A DNA stretch of 64,000 nucleotides from an uncultured Chloroflexia bacterium (lineage in GTDB: Bacteria; Chloroflexota; Dehalococcoidia; UBA2979). Position 1 is the stretch's first letter, and each line of letters opens with the position of its first letter. The DNA lies in contig CAVSIV010000006.1 of NCBI GenBank assembly GCA_963728205.1, positions 256,001 through 320,000 of the forward strand. Direction: 5' to 3'. Below, one piece after another: positions 1 through 9,791 of this stretch. The position numbers and the translations under genes were made by a program. The notes below the pieces were generated by a model. That model ran no database searches. It was given only the letters and a program-made list of their open reading frames with translations, and had not been told where the DNA came from.

Positions 1-536
1 TCCACCTCCGTGCGCCGCCAGCGGAAGAGCGGCACGACGGGGCTGCGGTTGACGAGCCGCCGCAGCAGCTCGAAGGGCAGGCTGCCGGTCGCGACGATCA
101 TCGGGGTGCGCACGATCACCCAGCGCAGCCCCGACTGGCGCACGGCGAGCTCGACCGCCCACTGCGCGAGCAGGTGCTGCGACGCGGCCGCCTCGGACGC
201 GCCCACCGACGAGAGCAGGATCACGCGCTCCACGCCGGCGGCGCGCGCGGCGATCATCGCGTTCTGGACGGCCTCGAGGTCGTTCGCGATCGGGTCGCCG
301 TCGTGGTCGAGCGTGTGCACGAGGTACACGAGCGTCGCGACGCCGCGCATCGCGAGGTCGAGCCCGTGGCGGCCGATCAGGTCGCCGGTGACCGCCTCCA
401 CGCCCTGCTCGCGCAGACGCACCGCGTCGAACTCGCGGCGCACCAGCGCGCGCAGCGGCGGTGGCGCGGGGCGCGTGCGCAACGACTCGACGAGCGCGCG
501 CCCCACGCAGCCGGTCGCGCCGGCGACGAGGATCAT
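1..536 (-). CDS. NAD(P)H-binding atypical SDR/NmrA-like protein, 3' end beyond window edge
   Basis: Not in ORF track. Manual translation from ATG at 536: MILVAGATGCVGRALV (Rossmann GxxGxxG), then AARAAGVERVILLSS and SGLRWVIVR; open to position 1. Confidence 0.85.
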   Translation of the reverse strand, partial: MILVAGATGCVGRALVESLRTRPAPPPLRALVRREFDAVRLREQGVEAVTGDLIGRHGLDLAMRGVATLVYLVHTLDHDGDPIANDLEAVQNAMIAARAAGVERVILLSSVGASEAAASQHLLAQWAVELAVRQSGLRWVIVRTPMIVATGSLPFELLRRLVNRSPVVPLFRWRRTEV

Positions 537-753
537 CGGAGCGTCACCGCCGCCGCCGGTGGGCGCGCGGGGGCTGCAGGCCCGCCGTGTGCAGCGGCCG
601 CCGCTCGCGGCGAGAGCGGGCCACCTCCGGCGGCAGGAGGAACGCGCGATCACGGCAGGCTCGGACGCCCGCCGCGCGCCGGGAGGCGCGCCCGCCGCGC
701 GGGATCATCGGAGTCTCATCGCGCCGCCTCGTTCGCCCTGCGCCGGCACGCTC

Positions 754-2427
754 CTAGCCGGTGACCGCGCCCTGCTCGGCGCCGGAGACGAGCTTCGCGT
801 ACTTCGCGAAGACGCCGCTCGTGTAGTTCGGCTTGCGCGGCTGCCATGCGGCGCGCCGCCTGGCCAGCTCCTCCTCCGGCACCTCGAGATTGAGCTCCCG
901 GTTCGGGATGTCGAACGAGATCGTGTCGCCCTCCTGCACGAGCGCGATCGGGCCGCCGGCGGCGGCCTCGGGCGCAACGTGGCCGGCCATCAGCCCGTGC
1001 GTGGCGCCGGAGAAGCGGCCGTCGGTGAGCAGGGCGACGGTGGTGTCGAGCCCCTCGCCGGAGAGCGCGGCCGTCACGCCGAGCATCTCGCGCATGCCGG
1101 GGCCGCCCTTCGGTCCCTCGTTGCGGATCACCACGATGTCGTCGTGCTGGATCTTCCCGGCGAGCACGGCCTGCATCGCGTCCTCCTCGCGCTCGAAGAC
1201 CCGCGCGGGGCCGCGGTGCGTGAGGCGCTCGTGGCCGGCGACCTTGATCACGCACCCGCTCGGCGCGAGCGACCCCTTGAGGATGACGAGCCCGCCCGTG
1301 GGCTTCAGCGGCTGGTCGAGCGGACGGATCACGTCCTGGCCCGGCGTCTCGACCGCCGCCGACGCCTCCTCGGCGAGCGTCCGTCCGGTCACGGTCATCA
1401 CGTCGCCGTGGAGCTTGCCGGCCTCGAGCAGGCGCTGCGCGAGCAGCGGCGTGCCGCCGGCGCGGTCCCAGTCGAGCGCGACGTAGCGGCCGCCCGGCCG
1501 CAGGTCGCCGATCAGCGGGGTCTGCTCGCTGATGCGATCGAAGTCGTCGATGTCGAGGTCGACGTCGGCCTCCTTCGCGATCGCCATCAGGTGCAGGACG
1601 ACGTTCGTCGAGCCGCCGGTGGCGGCCGCGCACATGATGCCGTTCTCGAGCGACTGCTTCGTGATCAGGTCGCGCGCGACCTGGCCGCGCTGGACCAGAT
1701 CCATCACGAGCGTGCCCGCGTGGCGGCCGACGCCGTCCTTGCGGGGGTCGGTCGCGCCGACGGTCGCGCTGCCCATCGGCGAGAGACCGACGAACTCGAG
1801 CACGGTCGCCATCGTGTTCGCGGTGTACTGGGCGCCGCAGGCGCCGGCGCCGGGGCAGGCCGCGGCCTCGAGCGCGGCGAGGCGCTCGTCGGAGAGCTTG
1901 CCGGCTGCGTGCTGGCCGACGCCCTCGAAGACGTCCTGGATCGTGACGTCGCGGCCCTCCCACACGCCCGGCGCGATGGAGCCGCTGTAGAGCACGAGGC
2001 CGGGCAGGCCGAGCCGCGCCAGCGCCATGGCGCCGGCGGGGATGGTCTTGTCGCAGCCGACGATGATCACGGCGGCGTCGAAGGAGTAGCCGACGCCGCA
2101 CAGCTCGATCGAGTCCGCGATCACCTCGCGGCTGATCAGGCTCGCCTTCATGCCCTCGGTGCCCATCGACTCGCCGTCGCTGATGGAGATGGTGTTCACC
2201 TCCATCGGCGTGCCGCCGGCGTCGCGGATGCCCTGCATCACCTGCTGCGCGAGCGCGCGCTGGCTGTAGTTGCAGGGCATGGTGCCAATCCACTCGTGGG
2301 CGACCATCACCAGCGGCTTCTTCAGGTCGTCGGCGTCGTAGCCCACGGAATAGAAGTAGGAGCGCGCGGCGGCGCGGTCCGGGCCGTCCACGAGCGTGCG
2401 GCTGTGCTGGCGGGGATCGGGAGACAT
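754..2427 (-). CDS. ilvD: Dihydroxy-acid dehydratase
   Basis: Motifs PCN, SLISREVIADSIE, GCDKTIP, CPGAGACG, GGSTN, EGPKGGPGMREM, TDGRFSG. Start placed at MSPDPRQHSR. Confidence 0.97.
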   Translation of the reverse strand: MSPDPRQHSRTLVDGPDRAAARSYFYSVGYDADDLKKPLVMVAHEWIGTMPCNYSQRALAQQVMQGIRDAGGTPMEVNTISISDGESMGTEGMKASLISREVIADSIELCGVGYSFDAAVIIVGCDKTIPAGAMALARLGLPGLVLYSGSIAPGVWEGRDVTIQDVFEGVGQHAAGKLSDERLAALEAAACPGAGACGAQYTANTMATVLEFVGLSPMGSATVGATDPRKDGVGRHAGTLVMDLVQRGQVARDLITKQSLENGIMCAAATGGSTNVVLHLMAIAKEADVDLDIDDFDRISEQTPLIGDLRPGGRYVALDWDRAGGTPLLAQRLLEAGKLHGDVMTVTGRTLAEEASAAVETPGQDVIRPLDQPLKPTGGLVILKGSLAPSGCVIKVAGHERLTHRGPARVFEREEDAMQAVLAGKIQHDDIVVIRNEGPKGGPGMREMLGVTAALSGEGLDTTVALLTDGRFSGATHGLMAGHVAPEAAAGGPIALVQEGDTISFDIPNRELNLEVPEEELARRRAAWQPRKPNYTSGVFAKYAKLVSGAEQGAVTG

Positions 2428-2671
2428 GGGCTCGCTCTCTTCAGTCGCGGTCGCGGCGGGCCGGAGGGCGCCCGCGCGACGATCCGGGCGGGTGGCGGGC
2501 AGGGCGGCATCGTAGCAGGCGCTCCCGGGGGAGGGCGCCGTGTACGCTCGACGACGCGCGTGCCCGTAGGATGAAAGCGTGCGCACGCGCTCCGGGCAAC
2601 GCCCGTCGCGCCCGCCGAGACCGGTCGCGACGCCCGTCGTGCCGCGTGCAGCCAGCCCGAAGGAGCCCCGC

Positions 2672-3163
2672 ATGTACCGCAAGATCCTGCTTCCGCTCGA
2701 CGGCTCGGAGCTCGCCCACCGCGCGATGCGCCACGCCGTCGAGATTGGCCGCCTCGCCGGCGCCGAGGTCGTCCTGCTCCAGGTCGTCGACTCGGAGGCG
2801 CAGGTCATCGCGCAGACCACGCCCGCCACGATCGAGCCGATCCCCGGCACCGGCTCGGTCTCGGCCGAGGTGGTCCACGAGGCGGTGGCCGAGCAGCGCC
2901 GCATCGCGGCCGCGAACCTGGAGGCGTCGGCGAAGACGATCCGCGACGCCGGCGTGGGGAGCGTCTCGACCGAGCTGGTCGAGGGCGCGCCGGGCGAGGC
3001 GATCGTGGAGGCGGCGAAGCGGCTCGGCTGCGACCTGGTGGTGATGGCGACGCACGGGCGGTCGGGGCTGAAGCGCGCGCTGCTGGGCTCGGTGGCCGAT
3101 CACGTGGCGCGGAACACGCCGGGGATCCCGGTGCTGCTCGTGCACCCCGAAGAGGAAGCGTAG
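2672..3163 (+). CDS. Universal stress protein (UspA family)
   Basis: MYRKILLPLDGS ... DLVVMATHGRSGLKRALLGSVADHV; AGGAG RBS upstream. Confidence 0.95.
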   Translation: MYRKILLPLDGSELAHRAMRHAVEIGRLAGAEVVLLQVVDSEAQVIAQTTPATIEPIPGTGSVSAEVVHEAVAEQRRIAAANLEASAKTIRDAGVGSVSTELVEGAPGEAIVEAAKRLGCDLVVMATHGRSGLKRALLGSVADHVARNTPGIPVLLVHPEEEA

Positions 3164-3203
3164 GCCGGCGCCGGCGGCGAACGGCGCCGCGTCAGGGGGC
3201 AGA

Positions 3204-3797
3204 TCAGTCGAGGTCGTCCTCGTCCTCTTCTTCGTCCTCTTCTTCGTCCTCATCCTCGTCGTCGACCTCTTCGTCGATCGGCGGGATCTCGAGATCCTTC
3301 GAGTGGCCGTTCGTCGGCGGGCAGAAGTGCGGACGGGTCGGGTCGTCCAGCGGCTGCTTGCACAGCGGGCACACCGGCCGGCCGGCGGCGACGACGGACT
3401 CGATCTGGTGGATCAGCGGCACGGCCTGCCCGCGGTTGATCTCCATGCGGAACGCCGGCGTGTCGCCCCGCTCGAGGGCGGCGCCGTCGTCGGCGAGGAT
3501 GATCAGGTGCTCTTGCTGCTGGTCGAAGTCGAGCCCCAGGCGCGCGATGCGGAAGTCGACATCGGCGTGCTGCGGGAAGTTGCCAACCGTCTCGGGCGCG
3601 TCGACGCGACGGCCGCGCTGGCGCGAACGCTCCGCGAGCAGCTGCGAGAACGTGCGCCCGAGGGCGAGCAGCTGCTCCTTCTCCATCCACAGTGCCGCGT
3701 AGCTGTCGCCAACGCGCGCGCGCAGCCGAAACGTCCGCTGGCCCGGGGGGCCGATGGCCTCGGCGTCGACGGCGTCCACGAGACCGAAGTCAATCAT
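3204..3797 (-). CDS. DUF3090-family protein with C-terminal CPLC...HFCP metal motif and acidic tail
   Basis: AIGPPGQRTFRL, LWMEKEQL and VAAGRPVCPLCKQPLD..HFCP match the family pattern as recalled. Confidence 0.8.
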   Translation of the reverse strand: MIDFGLVDAVDAEAIGPPGQRTFRLRARVGDSYAALWMEKEQLLALGRTFSQLLAERSRQRGRRVDAPETVGNFPQHADVDFRIARLGLDFDQQQEHLIILADDGAALERGDTPAFRMEINRGQAVPLIHQIESVVAAGRPVCPLCKQPLDDPTRPHFCPPTNGHSKDLEIPPIDEEVDDEDEDEEEDEEEDEDDLD

Positions 3798-3895
3798 GGG
3801 ACCTCCAGAGGGATGGACGGGAGCGTAGGCAGGCGCCGAACGGGGGTCAAACCTCTAGAATCACCGCCGAGCACAACGCGACGAGGGAGCGAGCG

Positions 3896-5311
3896 ATGAA
3901 CGACGGCGAGTCCGCGGCCGACCTGGCGTACCTGTCGATCGCGGAGGCAGGCCGGCGCTTCGCGGACGGCTCGCTGGCGCCCACGACGCTCGCGGAGGCG
4001 CTGCTCGAGCGCATCACGCTCACCGACAACGCCCTCCACAGCTACGTGCGGCTCATGCGAGAGTCGGCGCTCGCGGAGGCCGACGCCGCGACGGCCCGCG
4101 CCCGCGACGGCCGCCGGCTCGGCCCGCTCGACGGCATCCCGATCGCCGTGAAGGACCTCTACGACACGGCCGGCGTCGTCACGGCCGGCGGCACCGGCGC
4201 CTTCCGCGAGCGCGTGCCGCCGGAGGACGCCACGGCGGTGCGACGCCTGCGCGAGGCCGGCGCGGTAATGCTCGGCAAGACGAACACGCACGAGCTGGCG
4301 CTGGGCGGCACGACGAACAACGCGCACTACGGGCCGACGCACAACCCGTGGCGGCTCACGCACGTCCCGGGCGGGTCGTCGGGCGGCTCCGGCGCCGCGC
4401 TCGCCGGCGGGCAGGCACTCGGCGCGCTCGGCACCGACACCGGCGGCTCGATCCGCATCCCCGCCGCGTTCTGCGGCGTCACCGGCCACAAGCCGACCTA
4501 CGGCCTGGTCGGCCGCGGCGGCGTGATCCCGCTGTCGCTCACGCTCGACCACGCCGGCCCGATGGCCCGCTCCGTCGAGGACTGCGCGCTGATGCTGAAC
4601 GCGCTCGCCGGGCCCGACCCGCGCGACCACGACTCCGCGCTGCGCGAGGGCGAGGACTACACCGCGCAGCTCGACGCCGGCGTCGACGGGCTCCGGCTCG
4701 CCGTGGTCCCGTCGCTGGTGGAAGGCTGCAGCGACGACGTCGCGTCGGCGTTCGAGCGCGCGCTCGACACGCTGCGCGGGCTGGGCGCGACCATCGACCG
4801 CGTCGAGCCGATGGCCGGCGTGGACGACTGGCGGTTCGTCTCGGCGTCGATCATCGTGGTCGAGGGCGCGAGCTACATCGAGCACATCCTGCGCGGCTGG
4901 CCACAGTCGATCGGCGAGGGCGTGCGGACGCGGATGGCGCACGGGCTCGACGTGCCGGCGACGGCCTACGCGCGGTCGCTGGAGATGCGGAAGCTGATCG
5001 AGTCGCGATACGAGCGGGGGCTGGCCGACGGCGGCTACGACGGGTACGTGCTGCCGACGTCGCCCGACACCGCCGAGCCGATCGGCGAGGACCCGCACAC
5101 GGAGGCGCCGCCGCCGACGAAGTTCCGCAACACCTCGGTGTTCGACAACACGCACCAGCCGTCGGTGAGCGTGCCGTGCGGCTTCGACCACGACGGGCTG
5201 CCGATCGGGCTGATGGTGAGCACGGCGAAGTTCCGCGACGCGCACGCGCTCCGCATCGCGAACGCGTTCCAGCGCGCCACGGACTACCACCTGCAGCGAC
5301 CGGAGTTCTAA
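3896..5311 (+). CDS. Amidase signature family enzyme
   Basis: PIAVKDL, GGSSGGS, GTDTGGSIRIPA (Ser-cisSer-Lys triad). Confidence 0.93.
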   Translation: MNDGESAADLAYLSIAEAGRRFADGSLAPTTLAEALLERITLTDNALHSYVRLMRESALAEADAATARARDGRRLGPLDGIPIAVKDLYDTAGVVTAGGTGAFRERVPPEDATAVRRLREAGAVMLGKTNTHELALGGTTNNAHYGPTHNPWRLTHVPGGSSGGSGAALAGGQALGALGTDTGGSIRIPAAFCGVTGHKPTYGLVGRGGVIPLSLTLDHAGPMARSVEDCALMLNALAGPDPRDHDSALREGEDYTAQLDAGVDGLRLAVVPSLVEGCSDDVASAFERALDTLRGLGATIDRVEPMAGVDDWRFVSASIIVVEGASYIEHILRGWPQSIGEGVRTRMAHGLDVPATAYARSLEMRKLIESRYERGLADGGYDGYVLPTSPDTAEPIGEDPHTEAPPPTKFRNTSVFDNTHQPSVSVPCGFDHDGLPIGLMVSTAKFRDAHALRIANAFQRATDYHLQRPEF

Positions 5312-5395
5312 GCGGCGGCAGACATGCCGCCGACACGAACCGGACGGAAGTCCGGAGGCCGGCGCCGCCGTTGTCGGCGGCGTGTGTGCCGCCGA
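5310..5395. repeat. REP-like family A palindromes, inverted pair (5310-5333 and 5374-5395)
   Basis: AAGCGGCGGCAGACATGCCGCCGA and a reverse-oriented variant. The first copy overlaps the amidase TAA. Confidence 0.8.
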
Positions 5396-5424
5396 CAACG
5401 GCGGACCACGTCTACCATGGCGCC

Positions 5425-6357
5425 ATGACCCGCTCGCTCCCCGCCGCCCCCGCCGCCCTCGGGCTCGTGCGCGACGAGCCCCTGGCGCGGCACACCTACA
5501 TGCGGATCGGCGGGCCCGCCGCGTACTTCGGCACGCCGGCCGACATCGACACGCTCGTCGCGATCGCGGCCTGGGCGCGCGACGCCGGGCTGCCGCTGCG
5601 CGTGATCGGCGGCGGCTCGAACGTGCTCGTCTCCGACGACGGCGTGCGTGCCGTCGTCGTATCGCTGCGCGCGGCGTGCGGCGCCGTCGCGTTCGACGGC
5701 GCGCGCGTGACCGCCGGCGCGGCGGTGATGCTGCCGCGGCTCGCGCACGAGGCCGCCGCGCGCGACCTCGGCGGGCTGGAGTTCGCGGTGGGCATCCCCG
5801 GCGCGATCGGCGGCGCGCTGCAGACGAACGCCGGCATCGGCGACGGGCGGTGCATCGGCCCGCTCGTGGAGTCCGTCGCGGTGCTGCGCCCTCCGGCGGC
5901 GGAGCGCCTCGTCCTCGCGCACGACGACATCGGATGGGAGTACCGCGAGACGAGCCTGCGCGGCTCGGGGGACATCGTGCTCGACGCCACGCTCGGGCTG
6001 GTGCCACGCCCGCGCGCCGAGGCGGAAGCCGAGATGCGCCGGCTGCTCGAGGCGCGCCAGCGCTCGCAGCCGACCGCCTCGCCGAACGCCGGCTCGACGT
6101 TCCGCAACCCGCCGGGCGACGCCGCCGGCCGCGTGATCGACGCCGCCGGCTGCAAGGGCCTCGCGGTGGGCGGAGCCCGCGTGAGCGAGCTGCACGCGAA
6201 CTTCGTCGTGCACGACGGCACGGCCCGCGCGGCGGACGTGGCGATGCTGATGGCGCAGGTGCAGCGGCGCGTGCGCGAGGCCACCGGCGTGCGGCTGGTC
6301 CCGGAGATCGAGTGGTGGGGCGACGGTACGCCGCCGGAGGCGTTCGCGGCCGGATGA
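5425..6357 (+). CDS. murB: UDP-N-acetylenolpyruvoylglucosamine reductase
   Basis: HTYMRIGGPA, GGGSNVLV, GIPGAIGGAL, YRETS, NAGSTFRNP, SELHANF. Confidence 0.92.
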   Translation: MTRSLPAAPAALGLVRDEPLARHTYMRIGGPAAYFGTPADIDTLVAIAAWARDAGLPLRVIGGGSNVLVSDDGVRAVVVSLRAACGAVAFDGARVTAGAAVMLPRLAHEAAARDLGGLEFAVGIPGAIGGALQTNAGIGDGRCIGPLVESVAVLRPPAAERLVLAHDDIGWEYRETSLRGSGDIVLDATLGLVPRPRAEAEAEMRRLLEARQRSQPTASPNAGSTFRNPPGDAAGRVIDAAGCKGLAVGGARVSELHANFVVHDGTARAADVAMLMAQVQRRVREATGVRLVPEIEWWGDGTPPEAFAAG

Positions 6358-7169
6358 ACGCGGAACACGCGTCGGCGCCGGTCGTGACGCTGACCACCGA
6401 CTTCGGCACGCGCAATCCGTACGTGGCCGCGATGAAGGGCGTGGTGCTCGCGCGCTGTCCGGGCGCGCGCGTCGTCGACCTCTCGCACGAGATCGCGCCG
6501 CAGGACGTGCTGGAGGGCGCGCTCTTCCTCGCGGCGGCGGTGCCCCACTTCCCGCCCGGGACCGTGCACGTCGCGGTGATCGACCCCGGCGTCGGCACCG
6601 CGCGGCGCGCGATCGCCGCCCGACTCGGCGCGCAGACGCTCGTGTGCCCCGACAACGGCCTGCCGACGCTGCTCGAGCGCGCGCTGCCGCCGACGGCCGC
6701 TCACGCGATCACGTCGCGCGACTTCATGCGCGACGACGTCAGCGCGACGTTCCATGGCCGCGACGTGTTCGCGCCGGCGGGCGCACGACTGGCCGCCGGC
6801 GCGCCGCTCGCGAGCGCCGGCCCGGCCGTGCCGCTCGCCGACCTCGTGCGGCTCGACGTGCCGACGCCGCACCTCGACGCGCGGGGCGGAGCTGCCGGCG
6901 TCGTGATCCACGTGGACCGCTTCGGCAACGCGATCACGAACCTGCGCGCGACGGATCTGCCGGCGCTCCCGGATGCCTGTGTCGCCGGCGGAACACGCGT
7001 GCGGGTCGTTCGCACCTACGGCGACGTCCCCGCGGGCGCGCCGCTCGCGCTGATCGGCAGCAGTGGGCTGCTGGAGGTCGCGGTGAACCGGGGCAGCGCC
7101 GCGAAGACGCTGGGGCTCCGGCGGGGTGACGCGGTGAGCGTCGACGCCGGGTCGCGCGCGGGCGGCTAG
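6354..7169 (+). CDS. DUF62 SAM hydroxide adenosyltransferase (SAM-dependent halogenase superfamily)
   Basis: [47 protein letters not shown] overlap with murB stop. Confidence 0.92.
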   Translation: MNAEHASAPVVTLTTDFGTRNPYVAAMKGVVLARCPGARVVDLSHEIAPQDVLEGALFLAAAVPHFPPGTVHVAVIDPGVGTARRAIAARLGAQTLVCPDNGLPTLLERALPPTAAHAITSRDFMRDDVSATFHGRDVFAPAGARLAAGAPLASAGPAVPLADLVRLDVPTPHLDARGGAAGVVIHVDRFGNAITNLRATDLPALPDACVAGGTRVRVVRTYGDVPAGAPLALIGSSGLLEVAVNRGSAAKTLGLRRGDAVSVDAGSRAGG

Positions 7170-7849
7170 GTCGCGGCCGCCGGGAGGCCGGCGAGTGTGC
7201 GCGCACGGGCGAAGATCGCGTCGAACATCGGCTCGGTGAGCACGCCCGTGAACGTGTTCTGCTGGCTCGGATGGTAGGAGCAGAGGATCGTGCGCTCGCC
7301 GGGCAGCGCAACCTCCACGCCGTGCCCGAAGCGCGGCCGCGGGCGCAGGCCGGCGTGCCGGGCGAGCAGCCCGTAGGCGAACGAGCCGAGCGGGACGAAG
7401 ACGCGGGCCCCGTCCAGCAGCGCGAGCTCGCGGACGAGGAAGGGCGCGCACGCGTCGCGCTCGCCCGGCGTGGGCTTGTTCGCGGGCGGCGCGCAGCGCA
7501 CGCCGGCGGAGATCCAGGCGTCGCGCAGGCGGAGGCCGTCGCCGCGATGCGTGCTGGTCGCCTGGTTCGCGAGGCCGGCGCGGTGCAGCGCGCGGAAGAG
7601 CCAGTCGCCCGACCGGTCGCCGGTGAAGATGCGCCCGGTGCGATTCGCGCCGTGCGCCGCCGGCGCGAGCCCGACGATCACGATGCGCGCGCGCGGATCG
7701 CCGAAGCCGGGGACGGGGCGCGCCCAGTAGTCGTCGTCGGCGAACGCGGCGCGCTTCTCGCGCCCGACGCGCTCGCGCCACTCGACCAGGCGCGGGCACG
7801 CGCGGCAGGCGACGACGTCGTCGTGCACGCGATCCAGGGAATCCGGCAT
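7166..7849 (-). CDS. Uracil-DNA glycosylase family 5 (UdgB-type, 4Fe-4S)
   Basis: [45 protein letters not shown]. Confidence 0.93.
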   Translation of the reverse strand: MPDSLDRVHDDVVACRACPRLVEWRERVGREKRAAFADDDYWARPVPGFGDPRARIVIVGLAPAAHGANRTGRIFTGDRSGDWLFRALHRAGLANQATSTHRGDGLRLRDAWISAGVRCAPPANKPTPGERDACAPFLVRELALLDGARVFVPLGSFAYGLLARHAGLRPRPRFGHGVEVALPGERTILCSYHPSQQNTFTGVLTEPMFDAIFARARTLAGLPAAAT

Positions 7850-7932
7850 GGCCGCAGCCTACCCGGTCGGCCGCGGACGGGTCAGTTGCCGCGCACATCG
7901 GGAGAATTGCGCGAATTTTCTGCCGGGACCCC

Positions 7933-7959
7933 TCAAGTCGGCCCTCCGCCGGCCGAACA
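7933..7959 (+). promoter_or_regulatory. Putative sigma28 (FliA/WhiG)-type promoter
   Basis: TCAAGTCG-N11-GCCGAACA versus consensus TAAAGTTT-N11-GCCGATAA; lies about 45 nt upstream of the riboswitch. Confidence 0.55.
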
Positions 7960-8003
7960 TCTCGATGAGGGACGGGTACGCACCGAGTGCGGACTGGTTC
8001 TGA

Positions 8004-8096
8004 CTCGAACGAACAGGCAAACCCGTCGAGAGGCGGGGGCGCAAAGGTACAGGCCTTCACCTGCCGCGGGGCGGGACAGGCGGCTGACCTGCCGAG
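8004..8096 (+). ncRNA. c-di-GMP-I (GEMM) riboswitch
   Basis: P1 CTCG/CGAG; GGCAAACCCGTC-GAGA-GGCGGGGGCGCAAAG (P2 with GNRA tetraloop); P3 ending CTGCCGA. Matches the Vc2 pattern GGCAAACC..GAAA..GGGACGCAAAG...TACCGA. Confidence 0.9.
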
Positions 8097-8106
8097 GCGA
8101 GCGAAG

Positions 8107-9645
8107 ATGCGCAACCGTGTTTCCTCCGTCCTGCTGCTCGCGGTGATCTTCATGGTCGCTGCGCCCTTTGCGACCGTGCCGCTGCGGGCACACGCCGCGG
8201 CGATGCCGACGGTGGGGAGCGCGCTCCCGCTGGCTCCGGCCGGGAACGGCAACTCCAACGGCAACGGCAACGCCGGCGACACCGGGAACGGCAACGGGAA
8301 CAGCGGCAATGGAAACGGGAACGGCGGCAGTACCGACGCGCCCGCCGCTGCGCCGGTGACGCCGGCTGTGACCGCCCTCGCACCGGCACCCGCCGCGCCG
8401 GCGCCCGCCGCGCCCGCGCCCGCGCCCGCTGCCGCGCCCGCAACCACCGCCGCACCCGCCGGGCCGGCACCCACCGCCGCACCGGCCCCGGCCACCGCGT
8501 CCTCGACCGTTGCTCCCGCCTCGGCGCCGGCGTCCGCGCCGCCATCGCGGGCGCCCGCCGTCACGAGGACAACGGCGGCCCCGACCGCGGCGGTCACGAC
8601 GTCCGCACCGGCCGCCGCCACCGCGCCCGGCAACAGCGGCGACCACCGCAACGCCGCCGCGAATACGCCGGTGGTCGCGGCGCCCGACGTCGCCGCGACG
8701 ACCGACGCCGCCACGGCGCCGGGCAACAGCGCCGACCACCGCAACGACACGCACGCGAACGCGTCCCCGGCCCCGGCCTCGGCCGCCGGCGCAACGGCGC
8801 GGACGCCGATCACGCCGCTGCCGGCTCCCTCCGCGACCCCTGCGACGGCCATCGCGGCGCCGGGCAACAGTGCCGACCACCGCGACGACGCCCACGCGAG
8901 CACCCCGGCCGCCTCGGTGCCGCACACCGCCGCCGCGATCACGCGGGACGTAGCGGGCGGCGATGACGCGACCAGGCCCGCGACGACCGCCGCGGCCGCG
9001 ACGCGCGTGCGGGCGGCGACGTTCTCCGACGAGGCCGTGCCGCCGCCGTTCGTCGCGCACCCGGCTGCGGCGGCATTCCCGGCCGGGGCGCCCGGCCCGT
9101 TCCTCGCGTTCCCCGGCACCGGCTTCGCCGCCGTGCCCGCGTCCGGCTCCGCCGGCTTCGCCGGGCCCGCGGCGACCGCGACCGCGACGACCTTCGCGCC
9201 GACGATCGCGACGGTGACGGCCCGCTTCGCGACGCCGCCGGCAATCGCGACGCCGGCTGCGGACTTCGCCGGTCTGGCGACGTCGAGCTTCGCGGCGACC
9301 GCCGTCGCAGCCCGATTCGTCTCCACCTCGACCACGCTCGACGCGCCGCGCCGGGTCGTGATGCCCGCCGGCGGCTTCCTCGGCGCCGGCGCCCCGGCGC
9401 CCGTCGCCGCAGCGCCGAACGCTGCGACGGAGCCCGCGAGCGGGTTCCTCGGCACCAGCGTCGTTCCGACCGAGCACCCCGCGGCGCAGACGGATGCGTC
9501 CGGGCGCGTGGCGAGTGCGGGCGCCGGCGTCTCGCTCCGGGGCAACGCGTTCCTCGGCACGGCCGCGGCCGCGCCGGCCGCCACCGCCGTGGTGTCGCGC
9601 TGGGTGCCCATCGCCACCTCGGGCTTCCTCGGCGTCACGCACTAG
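8107..9645 (+). CDS. Secreted Ala/Pro/Thr-rich low-complexity protein with GN tract, 3x APGNS(A/G)DHR repeats and 4x FLG motifs
   Basis: Signal peptide MRNRVSSVLLLAVIFMVAAPF...AHA; GC3-biased codons; immediately follows the riboswitch. Confidence 0.8.
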   Translation: MRNRVSSVLLLAVIFMVAAPFATVPLRAHAAAMPTVGSALPLAPAGNGNSNGNGNAGDTGNGNGNSGNGNGNGGSTDAPAAAPVTPAVTALAPAPAAPAPAAPAPAPAAAPATTAAPAGPAPTAAPAPATASSTVAPASAPASAPPSRAPAVTRTTAAPTAAVTTSAPAAATAPGNSGDHRNAAANTPVVAAPDVAATTDAATAPGNSADHRNDTHANASPAPASAAGATARTPITPLPAPSATPATAIAAPGNSADHRDDAHASTPAASVPHTAAAITRDVAGGDDATRPATTAAAATRVRAATFSDEAVPPPFVAHPAAAAFPAGAPGPFLAFPGTGFAAVPASGSAGFAGPAATATATTFAPTIATVTARFATPPAIATPAADFAGLATSSFAATAVAARFVSTSTTLDAPRRVVMPAGGFLGAGAPAPVAAAPNAATEPASGFLGTSVVPTEHPAAQTDASGRVASAGAGVSLRGNAFLGTAAAAPAATAVVSRWVPIATSGFLGVTH

Positions 9646-9791
9646 CGCAGTCTTGCCACGGCCCCTCCGGGGGCCGCCGTCCGCCGCCGCGCCACCGCAA
9701 GTGCATCCCTGATGACGGGGCCGCCCGCAGCCGATGATCACGCCAAGGACCCGCGCCGACCGCGGACGAGGGTCACACCGCTGGAGGTCTC

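Noticed and set aside
544-708. Small Arg-rich ORF between ilvD and the SDR gene
   Set aside because: No motif or convincing RBS; composition looks non-coding.
10-2574. 854-aa plus-strand ORF and similar very long ORFs (3794-6655, 5496-9638, 9734-12778, 15895-18960, 37034-40018)
   Set aside because: Antisense or off-frame shadows of real genes in very GC-rich DNA; Arg/Ala/Pro-rich with no motifs.
3896-5311. gatA (also considered for 34714-36129)
   Set aside because: No gatB adjacent, and the sequences lack GatA-specific segments; generic amidases.
6354-7169. Fluorinase/chlorinase
   Set aside because: Retains the Asp-Arg-His residues (DPGVG..RR, TFHGRD) typical of DUF62 SAM hydrolases; no halometabolite cluster nearby.
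8004-8096. cGAMP-sensing GEMM-Ib variant
   Set aside because: The discriminating position (8016) is G, as in c-di-GMP binders.
9710-9737. Additional sigma28 promoters before the GGDEF-EAL, PilZ and HDOD genes
   Set aside because: GCCGAT-like -10 boxes are present but -35 matches are poor, and GCCGA is frequent in this GC content.
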